Under the pieces are notes generated by a model. That model was not told the DNA's origin. It made no database searches and was given only the letters and a program-made list of their open reading frames with translations. A DNA stretch of 45,716 nt, taken from Alphaproteobacteria bacterium UBA2947 (lineage in GTDB: Bacteria; Pseudomonadota; Alphaproteobacteria; Rs-D84). The stretch's first letter is position 1. Every line of letters begins with the position of its first letter. The stretch lies in the NCBI GenBank assembly GCA_002348925.1, contig DEBV01000014.1, positions 17,505 through 63,220 of the forward strand, read 5' to 3'. This document shows positions 1 to 7,038 of the stretch, piece by piece. A program made the position numbers and the translations under genes.

Positions 1-111
1 ACCACTGTTTACCATGCGACGAATAATGCCATTTTCGCCCAGCAGGTCGGTTTGACCGACAATGTCGTCTATGGTTTGGGGCCTCATTAAATCTGCCAAT
101 GGTCGTGTCAT
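1..111 (-). CDS. rarA: Replication-associated recombination protein A (RarA/MgsA), N-terminal 37 codons only; gene runs off the left edge
   Basis: Reverse-complement of 1-111 reads ATG then MTRPLADLMRPQTIDDIVGQTDLLGENGIIRRMVNSG. The LAxxMRPxxxDdivGQxxLlG pattern is the characteristic RarA N-terminus. The ATG is at 109-111. This ORF is too short to appear in the ORF track. Confidence 0.6.
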   Translation of the reverse strand, partial: MTRPLADLMRPQTIDDIVGQTDLLGENGIIRRMVNSG

Positions 112-141
112 CTTACTTTTATTTTGTTTAGTGCTTATTTG

Positions 142-150
142 TGATATAAT
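142..150 (+). promoter_or_regulatory. Candidate extended -10 promoter element (TGaTATAAT) for the 214-1644 gene
   Basis: tgatataat at 142-150 matches TGnTATAAT, in the divergent intergenic region between rarA and the downstream gene. No clear -35 box. Confidence 0.3.
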
Positions 151-213
151 ACATGATAGTAAAGAAATAAAGGTTTATCAAGGTTCTTGATAAAGATTAT
201 AAAGGAACTAAAA

Positions 214-1644
214 ATGTCTTTCAAAGACAAATGGAAAAAAGTCGCATCAGAGATAAAGTCGCGATACAAATACATGCGTGGCGACAAGGGTATCTTGGAA
301 TCTGATTATGAAAAAATAAAACAGTGGCAACCAGACAACGAATTTGCCAAGGCTGACAAGGAACATAGTTTGGCATGGGTTGATTTTACGTGGTTTTTGT
401 TTTGCTTAACAAAATTTGCAGCAAAGGACGCAAAAAGCGCTTTGAATGCTTTGTTGTTAGATAATGTGTTTATAGATAAATGGGAAAAAAATAAGAAAAA
501 TATAAAAACAAACAAAGACGATTCTGAATTTAAAAAGTTTTTTAAAAATTTACAAAAAAATAATCCGCGTGTTGCGGCTACATTGCAATTATGGATGGTT
601 TATGCTTTAATGATACTGGGTGGTATTGGTGGTGCGAAAGTTATAAAAAATAATGGAAATACGAAACAAATTGTTAAAGAACAGACCGTAGATAAAAAAA
701 GAAACATTATTGAAAGTGTATATAATGTTGATGATATAAAATTTAAAGAAAAATTTATTGAAGAAAATTGGGACGATATAGTTATCTGTTTATTGGAATA
801 TGAAACTTGGTACGAAATCCCGAAACAGCAATCCTACGAGTCAAGGTGTACGTATGGTCCAGGATTGACTTGGGTGTATGTGGATGGAAAACAACACAAA
901 TGTATCGGTGAATACGCTAAAATGGCGTCTGGTTTTACAGAAGAACAAATTTGGGATCAGGTTAGACAACATTGTTTGTACCCAGGCGAATGTTTTTCGT
1001 TGATACAAAAAGGTTTCAAAGAATGTGGAATAAAACATGTAACCAAACAACAAGTACTCAGTTTGTTTGTTGCAGGATACCAAATACCAAGCAGATTAAG
1101 AGATGGAATTGCGACTGTGGAAAAAAAGAATAAAAAAGGTAAAAAAATAAAAGAAAAAATTCCTTATATGGGAATTATACACAGATTAGTAGAAGCAGGA
1201 CCAAACACACAAAAAATAGTAGATTCTTTTATTGCAGAGATAGAAGTTGAACCAGAATGGCGTGAAGGCACAAATAAACGTCGTTGGTGGTGTGCAATGC
1301 ATTACATTGGAAAAATTAGCACAGAAGATCTTTTGTCTATGGATATGGATGCGTTTTCTAAAGTGAATGTTGATAAAATTATGAAAAATGGTCATTTCAG
1401 ATATGATGATGAAACGATTGTGTATGCGTTATCTCAACAAAAAACTAACAATGAAACTGTTCAGGAGTTTGTGGATAACAGTATTGTGTTAAATAATATG
1501 GAAATATTTAGTCAAGAAAACAAAAAAAATTCAAAACAAAAATCGAAAAAAATGGCTTTTGACAATGGGATTATGAAAATTAAAGAAAAACAATCAAAAC
1601 AAGAAAATATAATTTATCCTTTTAATAACGAATATCAGGCATAA
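214..1644 (+). CDS. Hypothetical Lys-rich membrane-anchored protein with a possible GH24 (phage-type) lysozyme-like domain
   Basis: Track ORF 187-1644. I prefer the ATG at 214 (MSFKDKWKK), which is preceded by aaagga. One hydrophobic helix (ATLQLWMVYALMILGGIGGAKVI). Downstream, LLEYETWYEIPKQQSYESRCTYGPGLT ... FTEEQIWDQVRQ ... VLSLFVAGYQ ... GTNKRRWWCAMHYIG loosely follows the GH24 pattern EG..aY.D..G..TiGyG ... aLvSf.fN.G ... GL..RR..E..lf. Motif reading only. Confidence 0.5.
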   Translation: MSFKDKWKKVASEIKSRYKYMRGDKGILESDYEKIKQWQPDNEFAKADKEHSLAWVDFTWFLFCLTKFAAKDAKSALNALLLDNVFIDKWEKNKKNIKTNKDDSEFKKFFKNLQKNNPRVAATLQLWMVYALMILGGIGGAKVIKNNGNTKQIVKEQTVDKKRNIIESVYNVDDIKFKEKFIEENWDDIVICLLEYETWYEIPKQQSYESRCTYGPGLTWVYVDGKQHKCIGEYAKMASGFTEEQIWDQVRQHCLYPGECFSLIQKGFKECGIKHVTKQQVLSLFVAGYQIPSRLRDGIATVEKKNKKGKKIKEKIPYMGIIHRLVEAGPNTQKIVDSFIAEIEVEPEWREGTNKRRWWCAMHYIGKISTEDLLSMDMDAFSKVNVDKIMKNGHFRYDDETIVYALSQQKTNNETVQEFVDNSIVLNNMEIFSQENKKNSKQKSKKMAFDNGIMKIKEKQSKQENIIYPFNNEYQA

Positions 1645-1655
1645 GGAATTGAAAA

Positions 1656-3653
1656 ATGCAAGTTTATGTTAATATCGAAAACAAGAATTGGAAAAAGTAC
1701 AAAATAGATTTTGAAAAAATCGCAAACGCGGCTGTTCCTGCCGTATACAAAGATTCGGAAGTTTCGATAACTCTTGTTGATGATAAAGAAATTCACAGGT
1801 TAAATAAACAATATCGTGGTATGGATAAACCAACAAATGTTTTGTCTTTTGAATTAGGGGATGATGTTTTGTTGGGGGATATTTTTATATCTCTTGATAC
1901 TGTTAAACGTGAAGCAAAAGAAGCAGGAATTTCTGTCGAAGAACATACTGCACATATGATTGTTCATGGAATGCTTCATTTACAGGGCTATGATCATATT
2001 AAAGATGACGAGGCCAAGGTAATGGAAGGTAAAGAAATAAAGATAATGAAAACATTGGGATACAAAAACCCTTATGCTGATGATGTGCGTGCCTGCGAAG
2101 CAGGGTGTGCTTCTTGTAAACTGATAAACAAATTGAAATCTTTTAAAATTCGTGAGAATAGTTTTTGGTGGTATATGGTTGCCGCTTTGTTAGGTGTGAT
2201 AACATCTTTTGGTTTTGCACCATTTAATTTATGGTTTTTGTCTTTGTTTGGAATAGGGGCAATGTATGCGTTAATGACCAGAAATGCCAATCGTATTGGT
2301 TTTTGGAAATCGTATTTATTGGCTTTCCCATTTGGTGCCTTTTATGGTGTAGCAATGTTTTGGTGGGTGCTTAATTCCATTTATGTTATACCAGAATTAG
2401 CCGCTCAATTCGCAATATGGACATTGCCTGCGTTAATCGGTATAGGTTTGCTTTGTGGTGCGATACTTTCTTTGCCGTTCGCTGTAATTCGTTATGTGTC
2501 AAGAAAACCGTCGTATAGGGCGATTTTGTTTGCGGCAACTTGGACACTCGTTTTATGGGGACGCGAATGGTTTTTAACAGGTTTTCCATGGAATCCAATT
2601 GCTAATATCACAATGAATATGCCAATGGTTGTAAATTCTATGTCTTTCTGGGGGGCATTGGGTTTGACATTTGTTATAATTGGTTTGATTGCATCTTTTG
2701 TTGAATTATGTAGAAACAGGTCGAATTGGTTTGTTTTTTGTTTGTTCGTTGGTTTGTTTTTGTGTGGTTGCGTGGCAGGGTATCAAAATATGATTATCGC
2801 TGATAATATGAACAAATCACCAGTGATAAGAATCGTGCAACCAGCACAATCTGCCGTATACAAGGTTCCAACGTCGAAAGATGAAGCGCATAATATAGCC
2901 AAACAAAAAATACGTGATTTGTTTGTTTGGGCAACAGATGACAAAGAAGACCACCCAGATTTGATTGTCTTTCCAGAAACAGCGTATCCATATACTGTGG
3001 TTGATAATATGTTCCCTTTGTCGCGTATATTAAATACAAATGTTGTTATGGGTGCTAATTCTTACAAGGACGGAAATATATTTAATTCAATGGTTGTTGC
3101 AGATAAAACAGGTGTTGTTAAGAATCTTTACAGTAAATCACATTTGGTTCCTTTTGGTGAATATCGTCCTTTGGGTGATATTATACCAACACCTGGTTTG
3201 TTGACGCCAGGGAATGGTAAAGAGATAATAACTGTTAGTACTAATAAAGGTGATTTTACTTTTGCACCAGCAATTTGTTATGAAATTATTTTTTCCGATT
3301 CACTGGTACCACGCGGTGTTAACCCAGATGCGATTATTAACATAACAAATGATACTTGGTTTGGGTTGACACCTGGGGTTTATCAACATCTTGATATGGT
3401 GCGCAGATATGCAATTGAATCGGGGCTTCCGATTATAAGAGCTAATTATTCTGGAATAAGTGCGTTTATCGGTTCTGATGGAAATATAATTTCTATGATG
3501 CCTGTTGGCGAAACTGGTTCATTAGATGGTTTTGTCTGGGGTGCCCATAATACGCCGTATAGAACAATCGGTCGTGATTTGTGGATGGTGTTTATTTTGA
3601 TGTTTTCAATATTTGTTTCAATATCCATATCCTTATTTCAGAAGAAAGATTAG
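1656..3653 (+). CDS. lnt: In-frame fusion of rRNA maturation endoribonuclease YbeY (N-terminal ~145 aa) and apolipoprotein N-acyltransferase Lnt (C-terminal ~500 aa)
   Basis: Single 665-aa ORF. The N-terminus carries the YbeY zinc motif HGMLHLQGYDH. After a Cys-rich linker (VRACEAGCASCKL) come multiple TM helices and the Lnt nitrilase-type E-K-C triad contexts: VFPETAYP, KSHLVPFGEY, APAICYEIIF. AGGA lies 7 nt upstream of the ATG at 1656. Confidence 0.8.
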   Translation: MQVYVNIENKNWKKYKIDFEKIANAAVPAVYKDSEVSITLVDDKEIHRLNKQYRGMDKPTNVLSFELGDDVLLGDIFISLDTVKREAKEAGISVEEHTAHMIVHGMLHLQGYDHIKDDEAKVMEGKEIKIMKTLGYKNPYADDVRACEAGCASCKLINKLKSFKIRENSFWWYMVAALLGVITSFGFAPFNLWFLSLFGIGAMYALMTRNANRIGFWKSYLLAFPFGAFYGVAMFWWVLNSIYVIPELAAQFAIWTLPALIGIGLLCGAILSLPFAVIRYVSRKPSYRAILFAATWTLVLWGREWFLTGFPWNPIANITMNMPMVVNSMSFWGALGLTFVIIGLIASFVELCRNRSNWFVFCLFVGLFLCGCVAGYQNMIIADNMNKSPVIRIVQPAQSAVYKVPTSKDEAHNIAKQKIRDLFVWATDDKEDHPDLIVFPETAYPYTVVDNMFPLSRILNTNVVMGANSYKDGNIFNSMVVADKTGVVKNLYSKSHLVPFGEYRPLGDIIPTPGLLTPGNGKEIITVSTNKGDFTFAPAICYEIIFSDSLVPRGVNPDAIINITNDTWFGLTPGVYQHLDMVRRYAIESGLPIIRANYSGISAFIGSDGNIISMMPVGETGSLDGFVWGAHNTPYRTIGRDLWMVFILMFSIFVSISISLFQKKD

Positions 3654-3822
3654 AATCAGGATTGCGGTTTTCGTCGATGCCGTTAATAATGGAGGCAATC
3701 GATGTTTTTTGGTCTTTTGCAATTTGTTGCAAAACATCAAAGAATTCTTTTTCCAAAGAAATACTGGTTTGGTGTCCTGATAAAGATACTGATATTTTGT
3801 GCATTTTATATTTTCCCAACAA
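3592..3822 (-). CDS. Ribbon-helix-helix (RHH_4-like) small DNA-binding protein
   Basis: 76-aa ORF. HKISVSLSGHQTSISLEKEFFDVLQQIAKDQKTSIASIINGIDENR...NLSSEIRIWIL matches the pattern I know from alphaproteobacterial RHH_4 proteins (SvrLsGHrTSvsLEdeFW..L.eiA...g.sl..Li.eID..r...NLSSAiRvfvL). The start may instead be the internal Met at 3804. The 3' end overlaps the lnt 3' end convergently. Confidence 0.55.
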   Translation of the reverse strand: MLGKYKMHKISVSLSGHQTSISLEKEFFDVLQQIAKDQKTSIASIINGIDENRNPDSNLSSEIRIWILKQILKTSK

Positions 3823-4240
3823 TTAAACAGTCAAACATTGCGCGGTACGGATCGTCATACTTGCGCAAAACAGACAATGTTAAATTATCCAACATAAAAC
3901 AATTACCAAATGTATCAAACGCAAATAAAAATAAATCATTTCGACCAAAAACAGTTTTTCCAAAAAGATTTTTATTGCCAATCATATCTTGGTTTACTTT
4001 CGCAATTGATGGCAGTGGGTATTTTGTTCCGCGTTCAATTTCTCTTGGTCCAAAAATGCATGCTGAACCCAAAGTTATTCCAAAACACGTTGTGTAAAAA
4101 TCTTGTAAAAAAGTTGGCAACATGGCGGCACGCATATTTTGTAAATTTGTGTTTGCTATGTTTATATCGGTTAATTGACCAGGGGCAAAAATAGTTGCAC
4201 CACGTGATTTTATCAAAGATAAAAATTCGTTTTTATTCAT
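3806..4240 (-). CDS. SUKH/SMI1_KNR4-like protein (immunity-protein-type fold, putative)
   Basis: 144-aa ORF. INIANTNLQNMRAAMLPTFLQDFYTTCFGITLG ... LFLFAFDTFGNCFMLD ... YRAMFDCL follows the SUKH-1 pattern (i...E..lg..LP.dy..fl...nG ... f.fa.d.~Gn.~~ld ... a.sF.efl). Its start overlaps the upstream gene by 8 nt. Confidence 0.45.
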   Translation of the reverse strand: MNKNEFLSLIKSRGATIFAPGQLTDINIANTNLQNMRAAMLPTFLQDFYTTCFGITLGSACIFGPREIERGTKYPLPSIAKVNQDMIGNKNLFGKTVFGRNDLFLFAFDTFGNCFMLDNLTLSVLRKYDDPYRAMFDCLIVGKI

Positions 4241-4739
4241 TTCCGCGTCCTGATATTGCGTTAAATGCCGCCTGAGTTAATCTGTCAGATGTGGCGTTTC
4301 CACCAGCGCCGCCACCACCAGTGTGAGATGTTAAGTACACCTTTTTTTCTGGGTTCGGTAAATAGATTGTTTTTGCGTCGCTTTGTTCAATTATGAATCT
4401 GTCCATGTTATAAGCATGTGGAAAGGTCCAACACAAGAACATATTTGATATATCCAATGCACCACCCCAAAGTAAAGGGATTCTGAATCTTATAGATAAA
4501 TTATCAGGCAGTGTTTTTCCCATAACCAAATTTATAAATTCTTCTTGGGGCAGATTCATAAATGCAATTTCTTCAAAAGAATCTGTAAGTGATTCCAAGA
4601 ATTCACGACGAAGTTGTGAATATTTTTTAAACCAATCTTTATCTAACAAACATTTTTGTGGCGTGTAAGCAATCACTGGCATATCATCCATGCCAAGTGC
4701 AGCCAGTCTTTCCATTGCAGAATGTTCGTTTAATTGCAT
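4233..4739 (-). CDS. Hypothetical protein with a degenerate HNH / His-Me finger-like motif and a Gly-rich C-terminal tail
   Basis: 168-aa ORF. Residues 84-113 (RFRIPLLWGGALDISNMFLCWTFPHAYNMD) align to the HNH core dHiiP...GG.dd.sNl.llC...H, but Phe/Arg replace the first (general-base) His. The C-terminus is HTGGGGAGGNATS. There is no signal peptide and no N-terminal trafficking domain. Confidence 0.4.
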   Translation of the reverse strand: MQLNEHSAMERLAALGMDDMPVIAYTPQKCLLDKDWFKKYSQLRREFLESLTDSFEEIAFMNLPQEEFINLVMGKTLPDNLSIRFRIPLLWGGALDISNMFLCWTFPHAYNMDRFIIEQSDAKTIYLPNPEKKVYLTSHTGGGGAGGNATSDRLTQAAFNAISGRGNE

Positions 4740-4754
4740 TTTATTTAGTGCCTT

Positions 4755-5615
4755 TTAGATATTCTTTATATATTGTATTATTGTGTCAATATATTCCGAA
4801 TAAGAATCAAAACTTTCTTGGTCTGTTTCTGTTATATCGTCAGCAGGGTGCTGTTCAATAAAGTCTTTTAATTCATCAACCGATTTGAAAATCAGTATGT
4901 CGTTATTTTCAGAGTTATATCTGTTAAGTGTATCTATTATAAAGGCGTTTATGTTAATTGGTATATCTTCAAGTGTTTCTTTGAATACAGAATCCAATTT
5001 TTGTATTCCGCTCATCATTTTTTCAATGTCGCAATCAACGCCACCAATCCAAACAACTTCGTTATTGCCAATCGCAAATAAATTCGGGACGAACCCAGAA
5101 ATTTTTGGGTTAGGTTTTACAACATATCCATTATTTGAAAATATTTCAGATATTATCGAATTATAAGGGTTTGTTTCCGTTTGTTTGTTTGTGGGTTGTT
5201 GTTCAACAATGCGCGCATGGTTATATGTTGCGATTTGTGCCATATTGTTGGGTAAATTCAAACGTGGTGGGCGATTATCAAAAACAATAGGTTGTTCGGG
5301 AACTTTTGTTTCTGGTTCTGGTTGTTCTGTCGCTGGCAAAGGAATATTTTGTGCCTTTGGTTTAAGAATTTGTTTTAATGTTGAACGATATATAAAGTAC
5401 AGCCCAATAACAAATATAAGTATTGCGATTACAAAAGATATGTAAAATCCAGTAGATATTGGTGTTTGTGTTGCCTGTAATTTGGCAAATTCATCCCAAT
5501 GTGTGCCGCAGAATATATTGAAGTTAAATATCGTATTCAGCCAGAAAGATAACCCCAACAATACAGACAGGCCCAACAGAATAGACAGTAAAATATGTTC
5601 AAGTTTATTTTTCAT
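4755..5615 (-). CDS. Hypothetical 2-TM membrane protein with a Pro/Gln-rich linker and a C-terminal alpha/beta domain
   Basis: 286-aa ORF. Two hydrophobic helices (ILLSILLGLSVLLGLSFWL and FYISFVIAILIFVIGLYFIY). The linker is KPKAQNIPLPATEQPEPETKVPEQP. The C-terminal ~140 aa (SIISEIFSNNGYVVKPNPKISGFVPNLFAIGNNEVVWIGGVD...) has a helix-strand-strand layout reminiscent of NERD/restriction-endonuclease-like folds but lacks a D...ExK signature. Acidic tail. Confidence 0.55.
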   Translation of the reverse strand: MKNKLEHILLSILLGLSVLLGLSFWLNTIFNFNIFCGTHWDEFAKLQATQTPISTGFYISFVIAILIFVIGLYFIYRSTLKQILKPKAQNIPLPATEQPEPETKVPEQPIVFDNRPPRLNLPNNMAQIATYNHARIVEQQPTNKQTETNPYNSIISEIFSNNGYVVKPNPKISGFVPNLFAIGNNEVVWIGGVDCDIEKMMSGIQKLDSVFKETLEDIPININAFIIDTLNRYNSENNDILIFKSVDELKDFIEQHPADDITETDQESFDSYSEYIDTIIQYIKNI

Positions 5616-5657
5616 TTCATTTCTATTCTATCATATTTTGTGATAAACTGGAATAAA

Positions 5658-6329
5658 ATGATTGAAATGGATGAAGTTTTTTCTGATTCGGATAAAAGAA
5701 TCGCTGTTTGGTGTGAAAGTGTTGCCGACACCAATGATTTGGCGATGCTGTGCGAACATGTTGCCAGTCATAATGTGCGTTTGTTATCTGTCCCGCCAGA
5801 ATGTGTGAAAGATGTTTGGGCTTATTTGGAAAAGAGCAAGGTAAAAATATTAACGCGGTATAGTTTTAATTCAAATCCAAAGAATATAGATTCTGATATG
5901 TTTAAATTGGGTGGTGATATAGTATCTGTTTGTAAAAATGGAGCAAATGGCGTTCAACTGTTTATAAAAATGCATGATTTTGAATCGTTTGTTAACAGTT
6001 TGTTGGTTGTTCGCAACGATTTGTTCTTTGGACACGATTTATCTATTGTTATGGACGCAGAAGATTTGGATATGGATAATCTGGGCTTTTTATTTCAAAA
6101 ATTGAGGGAAATTCGTGCTGATTCATTTGTCTTAACTTTAAACGAAGATGCGGGTAATCGGTCTGATTTTGTAGGACGCATTTACGCGTTTTTACAGCAG
6201 TTTGATTTTAGTGGTGAACTTCATTTTATACTTGGTAATAATTTTGACAGAATTGACCAAGTTATTCGTTTAACAGAATGTTTGCGCCCAGAATTATCTG
6301 ATAAATTAAGATTCTTCCTTGATTATTAA
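5658..6329 (+). CDS. Hypothetical protein, possibly a degenerate DeoC-type aldolase-like TIM-barrel
   Basis: Track ORF 5595-6329. I prefer the Met at 5658 (MIEMDE), because the upstream part overlaps the divergent gene's start. Weak pattern similarity to deoxyribose-phosphate aldolase: LCEHVASHNVRLLSVPPECV resembles lC..A......avCV.P..v. The positions of the Schiff-base and catalytic Lys appear to be replaced (LSIVMDAE and FVLTLNE). Low-confidence fold guess. Confidence 0.5.
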   Translation: MIEMDEVFSDSDKRIAVWCESVADTNDLAMLCEHVASHNVRLLSVPPECVKDVWAYLEKSKVKILTRYSFNSNPKNIDSDMFKLGGDIVSVCKNGANGVQLFIKMHDFESFVNSLLVVRNDLFFGHDLSIVMDAEDLDMDNLGFLFQKLREIRADSFVLTLNEDAGNRSDFVGRIYAFLQQFDFSGELHFILGNNFDRIDQVIRLTECLRPELSDKLRFFLDY

Positions 6330-6991
6330 ATCGATAAAATCAAGTATTTTGGGTTGGTTGTGCCCGCTTTATTCTTTATTTGGTATCTGGTTTTTATGGT
6401 ATCAAGTTCTGTTGATTTTATTGAAAGTTTGGTTTGTTTCAACTGTTCAACAATCCAATCATAGTATTCCCAATGGTCTGTGCCGATTATAATATGGCTG
6501 TCTTTTGTCATAAATTTAGACAATAAATTCAAGAAATCATGGTTTAACAGGCGGCGTTTTTCGTGTCTTGCCTTTGGCCATGGATCAGGATGCAAAACCC
6601 AGATTTCATCAAATTTGATGTTGTTAAAATCTTGCAACATTAAACGCACATCATCTGGCCAAATGCGAATGTTTTTGTATTCGTTAAGCAAAGTATTATC
6701 CGATTCGTTTGTTATGGCAGAAAGCAGGGCGGCAACCCCGTTGGCAAAGGGTTCTGCACCAATAACAATTTTATCGGGATTATCTAATGCCAAATCGCGC
6801 AAATGTTCGCCGTTGCCAAAGCCAATTTCCAGAATCAGCGATTCGTCAGATAAATCTGGCGCTTTGGGTGCCATTTCTGGTAATAAATTGTCCATAAGCC
6901 ATTGTTTTCGGTTTGATAATTTTTTACCATGTCTGCGTCCGAAAGTCCGCAGATTTTGTGCTTTTAAATTTTTTAATTCTTGTTTTTCCAT
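6326..6991 (-). CDS. trmB: tRNA (guanine46-N7)-methyltransferase
   Basis: 221-aa ORF. LILEIGFGNGEHL is a SAM-binding GxGxG motif. VLHPDPWPKARHEKRRL is the signature TrmB block (fPDPW.K.rH.KRR). Confidence 0.8.
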   Translation of the reverse strand: MEKQELKNLKAQNLRTFGRRHGKKLSNRKQWLMDNLLPEMAPKAPDLSDESLILEIGFGNGEHLRDLALDNPDKIVIGAEPFANGVAALLSAITNESDNTLLNEYKNIRIWPDDVRLMLQDFNNIKFDEIWVLHPDPWPKARHEKRRLLNHDFLNLLSKFMTKDSHIIIGTDHWEYYDWIVEQLKQTKLSIKSTELDTIKTRYQIKNKAGTTNPKYLILSI

Positions 6992-7038
6992 ATATTTAGT
7001 ATAAAATCACTTTGTTATAAAAACAAGGTGAAATAAAA

